DNA from: Eledone cirrhosa
Lineage: Eukaryota
DNA: 64,000 nt
Reading direction: 5' to 3'
NCBI GenBank assembly: GCA_964016885.1
Contig: OZ024758.1
Span: 15,872,001-15,936,000, forward strand
Under the pieces are notes generated by a model that worked only from the letters and a program-made list of their open reading frames with translations, did no database searches and was not told the origin of the DNA. Shown one piece after another: positions 38,125 through 51,646 of this stretch. Positions within the stretch are counted from its first letter, which is position 1; each line of letters starts with the position of its first letter. Made by a program: the position numbers and the translations under genes.

Positions 38125-38238
38125 GTGCATAGTTCTCTGGAGCTCTTTTGTTTATTAATTTTGGCACTAATACTTGCAATTCGTTTGAAATGGTTAAAAT
38201 ATAGAACATTCTTCAAACATAAACGAACAGTATTAAAG
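38125..38238 (+). CDS. TPCN1: TPC1 exon (IS2)
   Basis: tcag|VHSSLELFCL...FFKHKRTVLK|gttagt. Confidence 0.93.
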
Positions 38239-38548
38239 GTTAGTATATTCTTTAATTCTCTTGTTCTCAGTTTTCCTTCAAATCATGTTTTACCATGCTA
38301 TAATGAGAAATACCTTTTTTTTTCTTTATTAATATGGCTGTGTAGTTAAGGAGTTCACTTTGTAATGAAGAGGTTTGGGGGTTAGTCCCATTACTATAGC
38401 TTTGGGTTGGCTAATACTAGCTAATCACTGTATGTAAATAAGCTTTCAACAAGAATAGTTTGTTTATAAAATTTAGAAGACTTTCTAGTCTTTCATAGTT
38501 TAGTATCTCAACTTAAATAAGCATTGCTAATGATGGATAATAATCCTG

Positions 38549-38618
<70 letters not shown>

Positions 38619-39118
38619 GTTATTGGGGTAGCTGTGAACATGATCACAGCTTAAAATACTCACAGTGAGATTATATGTATACTTATTATACACGCACATA
38701 TTGTATATGACTCCATATATACACCTTTATCTATTAGTTATATAGTTTATACAGTGTTTAAATTTTTGTCTACACACTCTGTTTTTTCAACCATCAACTA
38801 AGCAAGATGGTTGGATAAGATCCATGAGTTTGGCTGGTCATGCCTGGGGATCTAGCCGGATCTGTTGGAGACGGCGGCTTCTGACAGGACCCGCTGGAAG
38901 GAGTCTTTGAGGACTCTGCCCCTACAACCCTCTCAGGAATAAGTGGGCGAAGAAGGAGAAGGGAGAGGAGAAGGAGGAGGAGGAAGAGAAGAAGAAGAAG
39001 ACTTTATTAGGAAATATTATTGAGAGAATTTAAACCCTTGAATTAAAAGAATAAAAATATTAAACTTAATGTTTGAAATTTTGCCTATAATGAAATACAT
39101 GTTTTTTGTTATTTTCAG

Positions 39119-39249
39119 ATGTTTCTGTTGTTAGTGATGGGTATAGAAGCCATTGTAATGATATGTCGCCAGAAGAACCATTTTAGAATAACTAGAGCTG
39201 TGAGGCCATTTTTTCTCATGGATTCCTATTACTGTAAAGGAGTTCGCAG
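39119..39249 (+). CDS. TPCN1: TPC1 exon (IS3-IS4)
   Basis: tcag|MFLLLVMGIEAIV...HFRITRAVRPFFLMDSYYCKGVR-AG|gttagc. Confidence 0.93.
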
Positions 39250-39803
39250 GTTAGCTATTCTTTTGTAGTTTATATGTTTTCCAGACAAGCTGAAGAAGCC
39301 ATATTGCACATACATAAATATTACACATCATCAGATGATGTCTGATCTTAATTTATGTCCACTAACTTTAACTGTGTTCTGTGGGAAATATAATCTCATC
39401 GGTGAATTGGCAGTATCGGTAGAGGGTCGGACGCCATGCTTTGACGCATAGAGTTACGGCCCTTGCCATTCTGAGCTCAAATCCCTACGGGGTCGATAAA
39501 ATAAAGTACCAGTAATGTACTGGGTAATTGCAAGCCTTGTGCCAAAAGTAGAAACAATTATTCTAAATATCAAAAGTTACAATTTATATGAAGTATTATG
39601 AAATATGTGGTCAGGATTGTTTTGAGGAAAGCTAGTACAGGAGTGAAAACTAGAGTAAAATAAGAATACATTGCTCTGAATGACAGTGAGGGAGACGTGC
39701 TAGGACAGCCACTACACCTCTATTGACAGAATAAATATTTAGAGAAAAAAATAAGACCAATGGCTTGAAATATAAATAAATAAATTTCTGTATCTTTTTT
39801 CAG

Positions 39804-39892
39804 ATTTTCACGTCAAATCTTTCAATCTCTGCGACCAATTTTTGATATGCTTCTCTTGCTGCTATTTTTTATGTTGATATTCTCTATCTTAG
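39804..39892 (+). CDS. TPCN1: TPC1 exon (IS4-S5 linker, IS5)
   Basis: cag|FSRQIFQSLRPIFDMLLLLLFFMLIFSIL-G|gtcagt. Confidence 0.93.
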
Positions 39893-39914
39893 GTCAGTAC
39901 TCTCTCTCTCTCTC

Positions 39915-39952
<38 letters not shown>

Positions 39953-40957
39953 TTATCATCACTGTTTTACGTCCGTTCTTCCACGCTAGCATGGGTTAGA
40001 CGGGTTGTCCTGTTGTGGGCAGTGTCCAGTCGGCTGACCTTGTCTTGCTCATACGGGAACTGATTCTGGCTTGATTTCTACAGCTGGATGCCCTTGCTAA
40101 CACCAACCTCATTTACAGTGAGTGCTGGGTGCTTTTTTGGCGTGGCACCTCCACATCCACTTTACAGTGTGGGCTGGATGCTTTGTTTGCCGTGGCACCT
40201 CCACGACCACTTTGCAGTGGAATGATAGGGACCCCAGTCCCTATCATCTCATTTCTACAGCTGAGTAAACTGGAGCAATGTGAAATAAAGTGTCTTGTTC
40301 AAGGAAACAACACATCACCCGGTCTGAGAATTGAACTCACAACATTTCAATTGCAAGGCCAATGCTCTAACCACTAAGCCATGTACCTCCATTTCAATTA
40401 ATTAATGAAGAATTTTGAGGTTGTTTACTAAAATTATGATTTCATTACTAAGTTAGTGCCTTAATGTAAAGTTCTTATATAAAATTACATTGGAAGATTT
40501 TAATTTAAATTGGAAACCTTTAAAATGGGTGGTTTTGTTTCATAGAACAAGAGCCAGTTTTAAAGGGTTAAAAACTCAAAATAGTCTTTTACAATTAAAT
40601 AGCTCAAAGAAGGGAATCTTTCCGAGCCATGTAATATAATTGGATATATTCCTGGATACCCGCAGAAGAGCACAGGAATTCTAGCTTTCACTTAATAATT
40701 CTTGTGAAACAGATTCATGTCTGTCCGGGTATCATAGGCTATTTGCCTGATATAGGTTTGTTATTGTTATTGATTTATGTTAAATCGAGTCAGGCAAACC
40801 ATATTGTTTTAAATTAGTATTTTTCAATCTAGCTAACTTGGTCATTTGCAATTGGAACACATGTATAGTTATATCTGTGTTCATCCTTCTCATATATCCA
40901 AGTATATATCTTTATAAGTATTTTTAATTATTTCATTTTATTTCTCTCTTTTGAAAG

Positions 40958-40992
40958 GATTCTATCTATTTTCTGACATAAACGGTTACACT
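40958..40992 (+). CDS. TPCN1: TPC1 35-nt exon
   Basis: aaag|(G)FYLFSDINGYT|gtaagt, in phase with both neighbours. Confidence 0.88.
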
Positions 40993-42364
40993 GTAAGTAT
41001 ATATTTTGTATTACTATTATGGCAGTATCGATAGAGCGTCGGACACCATGCTTCATGGCATAGAGTTATGACACTTTACGTTCTGATTTCAAATCCTGCC
41101 ATGGTTATCTTTGCCTTTCATCCTTACAGGGTCAATAAAATAAAGTACCAGTAATGTACTGGGGTCAATTTAATTGACCCCCCCCCCCAATAATTATTGG
41201 TCTTGTGCCTAAATCGGAAACCATTATTATGTGAATTGGCAGTATCAGTAGAGGGTCGGATGTCATGCTTTGACACATAGAGTTAGGGCTCTTGCCATTC
41301 TGAGTTCAAATCCCGTCGAGGTTAGCTTTGCCTTTAATCCTTACAGGGTCGATAAAATAAAGTACCAGTAATGTACTGGTTAATTGCTGGCCTTGTGCCA
41401 AAAGTAGAAACAATTATTATAACTAAGGATTGGCAGTGCCGTTGGAGCGACAGACATCATGGTTTGTGACAGAGAAAAAGAAAGATTGGTTGATAGAGAG
41501 GTAGGTAGTTAGATAGAGAGAGGTAGATAGCTAGATTTATAGAGAGAATGGTTGATAGAGAGAGAGAGAGAGAGGTAGATAGATAGATGTAGATAGAGAG
41601 ACAGAGAGAGAGAGGGGTAGATAGCTAAATAGGGAGAAAGAGATAGATAGATAGATATAGAAAGAGAGAGAGGTAGATAGATGTATATAGATAAATGTCG
41701 ATAGAGAGAGAGAGGTAGATAGAAAGAAAGAGAGAGATAGATGTAGATAGATAGACAGTACATCCATTATGCTGGCATATCAAATTTATTATGGGGAAAA
41801 AAAAAAAAAAAATAAAAAATAAATAAATAAAAAAAAAAAAAATAAATAAAAAAAAATTTTAGCTTGTCTTCTTTCCAGATTACAGTTGTCATAATGTCTG
41901 GGATATGAAGATCAAAAGATTAAAATACTGAGTGTAACCAAATACTATCAATAACATTACTTTTTGGCCTTGGGTTAAAAGTACAATGCTAAAATTTGTT
42001 CTAACCAAAACTTTGGTAAAAGCATAATTAATATTCTTGCTGTATTTTAAGTTTGTGTGCCTAGTTGTGGAGTTTTAATTAAGCTGTTACCTAGGCACAT
42101 GGTTTAGTGGTTAGAGCATTGGGCTTGCAATCGAAAGGTTGTGAGTTCGATTCTGTAGTAATAATTGTTTCTACTTTAGGCACAAGGCCAGCAATTATCC
42201 CAGTGCATTACTGGTACTTTATTTTATCGACCCCGTAAGGATGAAAGGCAAAGTCAACCTCGGCGGGATTTGAACTCAGATCATAAAGGGACGTAACTAT
42301 GCTGGAAAGCATGGCGTCCGACCCTCTACCGATACTGCCAATCCATCGCCCTCGATTCTGTAAT

Positions 42365-42745
42365 AATAATAATAATGAAAATATTGTGTACAGTGCTCAG
42401 GTGCACTACAACTCATCAAAAGTGTATGTATAGTACATAGGGTAATGTATAAACATCAGGAAAATGAACAGTGCATAAGTCATGATATACACATGTGTGC
42501 ATGTGTATGGAAGGGGGACATCAGATGTAGTTTTGGCGAATTTCGGGAAGCATGAGGGTTTTAAAGGATGCAGTGTCTCAGCAGCCAACAACTGACGCAG
42601 GCAGTTTGTTCCATGCTTCAGCAACTCTGAGCGTGAAAAAGTGCCTCCGAAAGTCATAGGAGCTGTGCTGTTTTCTGACTTTGTAGGCATGTCCACGTGT
42701 GTTAGACACATGGAGATAAAAAAGGTGCTAAGGCTCTTGTAACTT
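42365..42745 (-). mobile_element. CR1-clade LINE 3' fragment
   Basis: Minus strand reads FFTLRVAEAWNKLPASVV...DTASFK, followed by a 3' UTR and (ATT)n tail. UTR copies at 62250-62555. Confidence 0.7.
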
Positions 42746-43207
42746 ACCAAAAATAAATATAAATACTTTATTACTGTGTCTACCCTCCCACCCCTAATGT
42801 TACTGTTCTTATTAATATTGTTGTTGTTATTATTATTATAGGGGCAGTGGATAGGTAGAATAGCTAGAACATCGGACAACATGCTTCGCGGCATAGAGTT
42901 ACGGCCCTTTATGTTCTGAGTTCAAATCCTGCCGAGGTTAACTTTGCCTGTCAACCATACGTGGTTGATAAAATAAAGTACCAGTAATGCACTGGGGTTG
43001 ATTTAATCTACTTTCCCTTTCCCTCAAAATTGTTGACCTTGTGTCTAAATCAGAAACCATTATTTGTGAGTACAAGTCCTGCTAAGGTTAGCTTTGCTTT
43101 TGATCCTTCCGGGGTCGATAATATAAAGTATCAGTCACATACTGGGGTCATTGTAATGACCTTTCGCCTTCCCCACAAATTGCTGGCCTTGTGCCTAAAT
43201 CAGAAAC

Positions 43208-43250
<43 letters not shown>

Positions 43251-43439
43251 GTTGTTATTATTATTATGGCTTTTTTAATGGGCTTTCTCCACAAGTGACC
43301 CTTTGAAGTCTTGGGAAATTTTCCTTTGTTTCTTTTTTGTCATTTCCTTTGTTTTTTTTCTTTACACGCAGAAATGCCCATTTGTACCATCTTGTGCTGT
43401 CCTTAATGTTATAATTTATGTCAACCCTCGTTGAAAACA

Positions 43440-43835
43440 TTATTATTATTATTATTATTGTTATTCTTTGAGTCTCAGCCATTGATGTTATTCAACTGGA
43501 AAGTTTGTTGAAATGAACATCAAGCCGCTACCTGCAGCCTCAGACCTTCAGGATGTATCAGAGGGTTCTTGCTGTTCCCAGCAAGCATGCCTTTTAAAGT
43601 GTTCCAAAGAAGGGGGCTGGTCTAATCTTCTTTAACCCTCCTTGGAAACTCTTTGAGATAGTACCTAGTGCACCTATGACAATCAGGATGACCTTGATTT
43701 CATGGCAGTTCCAAAACCTTTTTAACTCCCACTTTAAATCCTGGTATCGGTTAATTTCTCCCTCTCCTTTTCTTGCACTCTTGTGCCAAAGGGGCAGGCC
43801 TATTGTGTTCTAATTTCTTGTCCGTCTGTATCCTA
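43440..43835 (-). mobile_element. RLE-type non-LTR retrotransposon 3' fragment (R4/NeSL-like)
   Basis: Minus strand reads YQDLKWELKRFW...IVIGALGTISK...KACLLGTARTL, with an (AAT)n tail. Confidence 0.75.
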
Positions 43836-43836
43836 A

Positions 43837-43873
<37 letters not shown>

Positions 43874-43880
43874 TCTTCAG

Positions 43881-43939
43881 TATTTCAGTACAATCCAGGA
43901 CTCTTTTGTTAGTCTTTTTGTTCTACTAACCACTGCTAA
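43881..43939 (+). CDS. TPCN1: TPC1 exon (pore helix I)
   Basis: ttcag|YFSTIQDSFVSLFVLLTTA-AA|gtaagt. Confidence 0.93.
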
Positions 43940-44972
43940 GTAAGTATAGTAACATTTTTCTTAACTAGTATTTTTTTTATTGTCTTTTCTGTAAGGAATG
44001 TACATTGAAAGTTCAGCGTCTAAATACATTGGTCTTATGTTCAGTTGTGATAGTACAAAGGTAGGCTAAGATGTTCATAAGCTGACTATGAAGGAGTGAT
44101 GCTAGAGCTGTAAAATCTTACATGCACTAGAAGTCAATGGAAACCGCGGAGTGGGGAGACCGAAGAAGACTTGGGATGAGGTGATAAAAGCCGACCTTAC
44201 CCAATTACACCTCTCAAAGGCGATGACACACGACCGTGACCTCTGGCATCACACAGTAATACAGAGTACCCGATAGGTACAAGCCGAAGCTGAAGCATAT
44301 AGACAATATACCCCCACACCCTGCCACTGCAAAGTGGTCGTGGAGGTGCCATGGGAAAAAAGCACCCAGCCCACACTGTAAAGTGGACGTGTAGGCGACT
44401 CAGAAAAAAAGTACCCAGCACTCACTGTAAATAAGGCTGGTGTTAGGAAGGGCATCCAGCTGTAGAAATCAAGCCAGAATCAGTTCCTGTATGAGCAAGG
44501 CATGGTCAGCCAACCGGACACTGCCCACAACAGGACAACCCGTCTAACCCATGCTAGCGTGGAAGAACGGACATAAAACGGTGATGATGATGATGATGAT
44601 GATATATTTCTGTCAGGTGTTGCAACCAATAGACGGTATCAGCAATGAAAAGACGTATGGAAACATTATTTCCTTGGTTCAATTTGATGAGTTTTGAAGG
44701 ATGCAGTGTCCCGACAGCTATAGTTAAAGCAAACAGTTGAATATCATAGAAACAGGGGTGGTTTCAAGATGGTATAAAAATGGTAAAGGGTTCTTTATTA
44801 GTCCCTCTGTGATTTCAGGGGTGTTGGGTGGTAGAGGTTATAATGTGAAAACAAAGGGTTATAGAATACTGACCTAGACAACAACATATAAGTATTTCAG
44901 TTTATTTGATCAACAGAACAACTTGCTTTCGAAATTTATATCAATGGTATGTTTGTCTTGTTCTCACAATAG

Positions 44973-45072
44973 CTACCCTGATGTCATGATGCCTGCTTAT
45001 AATGAATCACGGTTTTTTGTTGCATTCTTTATTGTCTACCTCAGTCTGGAATTATTTTTCCTCATGAACCTG
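44973..45072 (+). CDS. TPCN1: TPC1 exon (filter I, IS6)
   Basis: tag|(N)YPDVMMPAYNESRFFVAFFIVYLSLELFFLMNL|gtaagt. Confidence 0.95.
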
Positions 45073-45179
45073 GTAAGTACATCCTTGTTATGTTAATAGT
45101 GTGTCGTTAAATATGTGTATATATATATATATATATATACGATATTAACAAATGGAAACTATATTTATAAAACCATATC

Positions 45180-45244
45180 TATTTTATTATACATATTTCA
45201 AGGATACCATGTTAAATTATGGTATGCTTTCATCAGACAAAATA
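45180..45244 (-). ncRNA. Type I hammerhead ribozyme (copy B, same family as A)
   Basis: UAUUUUGU-CUGAUGA-AAGcAUACCAU-loop-AUGGUAUcCUU-GAAA-UAUGUAUA/AUAAAAUA. Compensatory change in stem II relative to copy A. Confidence 0.85.
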
Positions 45245-45317
45245 CAATATATACCAGTTTTATAAATAAATATTGACATACCCTTTCAAAATGCAACCGT
45301 TACTTTTGGAAGACATC

Positions 45318-45361
<44 letters not shown>

Positions 45362-45365
<4 letters not shown>

Positions 45366-45689
45366 GGAGGTGAGTTTTATTGTAGCACACTAGAGCAATG
45401 CAAATATCGGATAAGTAGCACTCTACAGTTTGTAGGACTGGAGTATAAATAATATAAGATCAAAAGATGGTTAAAAGAGTTCCAAGTATTTTATTATGCT
45501 CATTTCAAAAACAAATATCATCATGGGATGATATCTGCGTTTTCATCAGATAAAATAGGGAAACATGATATGAAGGTTAAAAAACACTTGTGAATAAGTG
45601 AAGTTTTAAATCAACATATCATATGTTGATTTGTTTTTGAAATGAGCATAATAAAATACTTGGAACTCTTTTAACCATCTTTTGATCTT

Positions 45690-45694
<5 letters not shown>
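45362..45694 (-). mobile_element. Non-autonomous PLE-type element with an inverted partial pLTR, between (TA)n tracts
   Basis: 45451-45516 is the reverse complement of 45629-45694. 45362-45475 is homologous to 23751-23865. Confidence 0.7.
45487..45557 (-). ncRNA. Type I hammerhead ribozyme (copy C, second family)
   Basis: UAUUUUAU-CUGAUGA-AAAcGCAGAUAUCAUC-ccau-GAUGAUAUUUGUuUUU-GAAA-UGAGCAUA/AUAAAAUA. Perfect 8-bp stem I, long stem II and short stem III. Confidence 0.88.
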
Positions 45695-45725
<31 letters not shown>

Positions 45726-45819
45726 TATATATATATATACTCTCTCACACACATACATATATATGTGTGTGTGTGTGTGTGTATATGTATGTGTGTGTGT
45801 GTATATATGTGTGTGTGTG

Positions 45820-45850
<31 letters not shown>

Positions 45851-47509
45851 ATGTGTGTGTGTGTGTGTATACGTGTGTGTGTATATATGTGTGTGTGTAT
45901 ATATGTGTGTGTGTGTATATATATATATAATATGTGTGTGTGTATATATATATATAATATGTGTGTGTGTGTGTATATATATATATGTGTGCATATATAT
46001 ATATATATATATTATATATGTATATTTATGTATGTGTGTGTTTGTGTGTGTGTGTTTGGGTGAGTGGTTAGAGAATTGGATTCACAATCTTGAGGTTGTG
46101 AGTTCGATTCCTGGACCGGGCGATGCGTTATGTCCTTGAGCAAGACACTTTATTTCACGTTGCTCCTTCTACCTGGAGTTGCGCCCGATAGATAGTATTA
46201 GCAACTGGAAAGACTGACTAAAACATTGTTTCCTAGTTCCGATTTGATGAAAGTCGATCGATCCTTTTATATATACATGTATATACATGTATATACATGG
46301 CTTAGTGGTTAGTGCATTGGCCTTGCAATCGAAAGGTTGTGAGTTCTATTCTCAGACCGGGTGATGTGTTGTTTCCTTGAGCAAGACACTTTATTTCACA
46401 TTGCTCCAGTTTACTCAGCTGTAGAAATGAGATGATAGGGTCTGGGGTCCCTATCATTCCACTGTAAAATGGTCGTGGAGGTGCCACAGCAAAAAAGCAC
46501 CCAGCACTCACTGTAAATGAGGTTGGTGTTAGGAAGGGCATCCAGCTGTAGAAATCAAGCCAGAATCAGTTCCCGTCCCACCCTTGCAAGCAGGGAAAAG
46601 CAGACGTAAAATGATGATGATGATGATGATATAACCCATGCTAGGGTGGAAGGTGGATGTTAAACAACGATGATCACGATGATCACGATGATATATATAT
46701 AGCTTGATTTACGTTTTTGTAACATTGTCATTAATAGATAATTGTTTCTACTTTTTGGCACAAGGCCAGCAATTATCCCAGTGTATTACTGGTACTTTAT
46801 TTTATCGACCCCGTAAGGATGAAAGGCAAAGTTAACCTCGGCGAGATTTGAACTCAGAATGGCAAGGGCCGTAACTCTATGCGTCAAAGCATGGCGTCCG
46901 ACCCTCTACCGATACAGCCATCCACCGCCCTCACGGTTATATAATAATAATAATAATAATAATAATTGTTTCTACTTTTGGCACAAGGCCAGCAATTATA
47001 CCAGTGTATTACTGGTACTTTATTTTATCGACCCCGTAAGGATGAAAGGCAAAGCTAACCTCGGCGGGATTCGAACTCAGAATGGCAAGGGCCGTAACTC
47101 TATGCGTCAAAGCATGGTGTCCGACTCTAATGAATGTATGTAATTTGGATAAGCTTGATATAAACATGTAGCAGCAATAATTGTTTCTACTTTAGGCACA
47201 AGGCCAGCAATTACCCAGTGCATTACTGGTACTTTGTTTTATCGACCCCGTAAGGATGAAAGGCAAAGTCAACCTCGGCGGGATTTGAACTCAGATCGTA
47301 AAGGGACGTAACTATGCTGGAAAGCATGGCGTCCGACATGTAGCAGCAATAATGAGAGGAATGGTGAATTGTTTAACAGTAAAAACTGATAAGGGTGACA
47401 TTGAGAAGTAGTGGCTTAATGTGTTGTAATATAGAAACATTAGTGAAATATAGGGATTAGCTAGAGTTGGTGTACTTTAAGCTGACTGTATTATCTGTTG
47501 CTATTATAT

Positions 47510-48060
47510 TTCATGATGGTGATGACGGTGGATGGTGGTGGTGGTGGTGGGGATGATGATGGTGGTGGTGGTGATAGTAGTGGTGGTGGTGGTGGTGGTC
47601 GTGATGGTAGTGGTGATGACGGTGGTGGGGTAACGATGGTGGTGGTGCGGGTTATGATGGCAGTGGTGGTGATAGTGGTGGTGGTGGTGGTGGTCGTGAT
47701 GGTGGTGGGGAAACGATGGTGGTGGGGTAACGATGGTGGTGGTGGGGATTATGATGGTGGTGGTGATAGTAGTGGTGGTGGTGATAGTAGTGGTGGTGGT
47801 CGTTGTGGTAGTCGTGATGGTGGTGGTGGTGGGGATTATGATGACGGCGGTGGTCGCTATGGTGACACTGGTCGTTGTGGTGACAGTGATGGTGGTGGTT
47901 GTGGTGGGGAGGATTTTGGTGGTCATGATGATGGTGTGGTGGTGGTAGCGATGATGGTGGTGACATTGATGATGGCGGCGGTGACAGTGATGGTGGTGAT
48001 GACAGTAATGATGGTGATGATGATGACAGTAATGATGGTAATGATGATGATGATGATGAT
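47510..48060. repeat. (GGT/GAT)n low-complexity trinucleotide tract
   Basis: Read directly. Intronic, ending about 40 nt before an acceptor. Confidence 0.92.
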
Positions 48061-48098
48061 TTATTATTGTTTGTTGTTTTTCCTCTTTTGTTGTTTAG

Positions 48099-48215
48099 CT
48101 TCTTGCTGTCGTCTACGACAAATTTTCTTCATTGGAGAAAGAAAAACTGAGGAAGTTATTCTTTCACAAAAGACTTGGATGTCGTTACGCCTTTCAGTTA
48201 CTAGTCAGTAGACAG
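48099..48215 (+). CDS. TPCN1: TPC1 exon (end of IS6, linker)
   Basis: ttag|LLAVVYDKFSSLEKEKLRKLFFHKRLGCRYAFQLLVSRQ|gtaggt. Confidence 0.93.
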
Positions 48216-49260
48216 GTAGGTGACATCATTTCTATATTTGGAGAGGGTCATCCTGTTCTAATATTGCCAGAAAAATATAGTAAAATATAGTAAAACACAC
48301 TGACTGTTTGGTTTGATTTTCGCTTCAGTTTCAGTATTTTTTTTATATTTGTATAAATAATTTAGCTGGCAATCAATATTTATCATTGATTGACCAACAG
48401 TTAAAAAATATAAACATTTTTGTATTTACAATCCATTATCAAAAGAATTTGTGTGTAGGTGTTTAATTAATGGTGAATCCGAAAATATTTGAGATCAATA
48501 AAATTGCTATGGTAAAATTCTACTTTTCTCAATCTTTTCTCAGTCCTTTTATTCTCTATAACTCCTATTTCCTTGGCACTTTTTATCTTGCACGCATTGT
48601 CAGCCTTCCAAATATTTAACCCTTTAGCATTTAAACCGGCCATATCCGGCCAGAATTCTTTCACTTCGTTCTGTTTAAACTGGCTTACCGGCTGCTCATA
48701 CTTATGTTAAGGTATTGTTCTCAAAATAAATAATATCAAAGTCTGGTAGATTCAATATTATGCGAGAAAATTGTGAGATAAAGTGTTTACCGTGAAAATA
48801 CAATAGTAAATATAGATTAACCCTTTAGCATTTACATTACTCTATATATACTATTATATTTTTGTGTTAAAGGCTTTACCTCACATAATTATCTCACATA
48901 ATATGGAATCTATGTTATTTTGATATTATTTAAATCCCGCTGAGGTTGACTTTGCCTTTCATCCTTACGGGGTCGATAAAATAAAGTACCAGTAATGCAA
49001 TGGGTAATTGCTGGCCTTGTGCCTAAAGTAGAAACAATTATTTATTTTGAGAACAATACCTTTACATCAGTATGAGTCACTAGTTATGGCCAGTTTGAAC
49101 AGAAAAAGGTGAGGGAATTCTGGCTGGATATGGCTGGTTCAAATGCTAAAGGGTTAATGTAAATGCTAAAGAGTTAACAAACTTATTTAAATTTGTATTT
49201 CTTATTCCACAATACTTCAAGAAAACTACAACACAATAAAGAAAATTTGTTATTTTTCAG

Positions 49261-49324
49261 AATCCAACAAAGGTTCAACTGAAACATTTTCAAGGAATGA
49301 TGGAATATTTAAAACCTAAAATGA
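49261..49324 (+). CDS. TPCN1: TPC1 exon (EF-like linker)
   Basis: tcag|NPTKVQLKHFQGMMEYLKPKM-A|gtatgt. Confidence 0.9.
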
Positions 49325-51496
49325 GTATGTATCTCTGTTATTGTGGTAATTCTGTAAAATATATTTCTATTTCTAAGATATAGTAAAATCTAATTTTATA
49401 TTCTGTGTATAAGCAGAGAAATATGTGATTAAAAAGTTGCTGATAAAATGAGGTGGGGTCAGTTAGACTTATATTCAAGGTCAGTTATTTTGTTTTTGAA
49501 CTGTTTCTGCTTTACATTTGAAAAGGGGGTATTAACCTTGAAATATTGTGTAAAAATATATTGGGTAAAACATTACTTTGTTTTATTTGTCATCCTTTGC
49601 CCTTTATATATTTCTACCACATTGTACTGGCTTTTTGAAACTTATCGGTCTTAAGGGGTCGATAAAATAAAGTACCAGTAACGCACTGGGGTAATTGCTG
49701 GCCTTGTGCTAACAGTAGAAACAGTTATTATTGTAATTGTTGTGGTGGTATTTGGCCCTAGGTCAGCCCTGATCAAATAGACAAGTAATCAAAGTATTCT
49801 AGCAATGACCATCTCATCTTTTTTGTATAATAGGGACTAAATTGTTCAACATTGTTCTTTAAGTTAGTAAGGATAAGATTAACCCTTTAGCATTTACATT
49901 ACTCTATATTTACTATGGGCGGTGGATTGGCAGTATCGGTAGAGGGTCGGACGCCATGCTTTGCAGCAAAGACTTACGGCCCTTTATGGTCTGAGTTCAA
50001 ATCCCGCTGAGGTTAACTTTGCCTTTCATCCTTACGGGGTCGATAAAATAAAGTACCAGTAATGCAATGGGTAATTGCTGGCCTTGTGCCAAAAGTAGAA
50101 ACAATTACTCTATATTTACTATTGTAGTTTCACAGTAAACACTTTATTTCACATCATTATCTCACATAATGTTGAAGCTGCAAGATTTTGATGTTATTTA
50201 TTTTGAGAGCAATACCTTAACATTGGTATAAGTGGCCAGTTATGACTGGTTTAAACAGGAAAAGGTGAGAGAATTCTGGCCGCATACGGCCAGTTTAAAT
50301 GCAGATTGAGCAAGCATGTAAAAGCTTCTTCATTGCTTGTTTGTAGTTTATGTAGGTTATTTGGAAATTATTAGTTATTGCAGTTATCAGCAGATAATAA
50401 ATAAATGGAGCTTGTTTATATTTTCATGTCAGATATGTTAATAAATAATTTTAGACTGTGAAAGATTATGTATGCTTGAAAATTTGTAAAAAAAAAAAAA
50501 AAATTATAAATGTGAAATTATGGAGACTTCCGGCATTCTTGGCCCCTGGACCATATCCCTGCTGACTGATATTGGAGCAGAGCTGGCTGCCCACAAGTGT
50601 GAGCCTCGTGAAGTGGAGTGGCTGTTCCACAGCAGCCCCCTCGTCGTTCTCCAGAGCAATGTCTTCTTTATCCTGTCAGCCAGGACCACAAGGTGGTCTG
50701 ACCCTTAACCCTGTAGCATTTAAACCGGCTATATCCAGCCAGAATTCTCTCACCTCTTTCTGTTCAAACCGGTCATAACTGGCCACTCATACTGACATTA
50801 AAGTATTGTTCTCAAAATAAATAATATCCTCATCAAAATCTCATAGATAATACAATAGTATATATAGAGTAATATAAATGGAAAAGGGTTAAGTTTCATT
50901 TATGGTGGTGGCATGTGGATTAGCTTTACTTCCATAACCATGATTAGTAAGAAAGTGAAAACATTTAATAGTAACTGCATTGTTGAAAAATAACCCTCAT
51001 CTGGTCATTCCATGAGAGTATCTTGGTTAGCCTATGAACTTTTCAGCCGGCTCTCGTCAAAATGTTTTGTAAAATTTAGTTACGTCCCTTTACATTCTGA
51101 GTTCAAATTCCACCAAGGTGAGCTTTACCTTTCATCCTTATGGGATTGATGAAATAAAGTACCAGTAATGAATTGAGGTCGATTTAACTCTTTTATAGCT
51201 GTATTACTAACGAAACACATTCAATGAAGAAATTTGAGAGATTTACTAAAATTATTAATTATTTCATTACTAAGATAGTAACTTAATGTAAGGTTCTTAT
51301 ATAAAATTATGCTGGAAGATTTTAATTTAAATTAGAAACCTTTAAAATGGGTGATTTTATTTCATAGGATCAAAACCAGTTTCGACTGGGGTTGGTAACT
51401 AAAGGGTTAATCGACTTTCCCCTCCTTCCAAAATTGTTGGTCTTGTGTCTGAATCAGATGCCATTATGTTAACATATGTCTAAATTTGTTTTCTAG

Positions 51497-51606
51497 GTCG
51501 GAAAGATGTCTACCTAACATTTAAAAGGATGGATGAGTTATCCACTGGTTCATTGTCACTCACTGATTTCTTTGGCGTGTATGGATGCAGCAAGTTAAAA
51601 TGGAGC
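51497..51606 (+). CDS. TPCN1: TPC1 exon (EF-like linker)
   Basis: ctag|(S)RKDVYLTFKRMDELSTGSLSLTDFFGVYGCSKLKWS|gtatgt. Confidence 0.9.
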
Positions 51607-51646
51607 GTATGTAATATTTTATATCAACCAGCCTCTGATAGATAGG

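Noticed and set aside
39285-39350. CTGAAGA (+) and CTGATGA (-) close together
   Set aside because: No GAAA partner or consistent three-way junction on either strand.
47498-48211. Gly/Val-rich 237-aa ORF
   Set aside because: It translates an intronic (GGT/GAT)n tract and crosses the TPC1 exon in the wrong frame.
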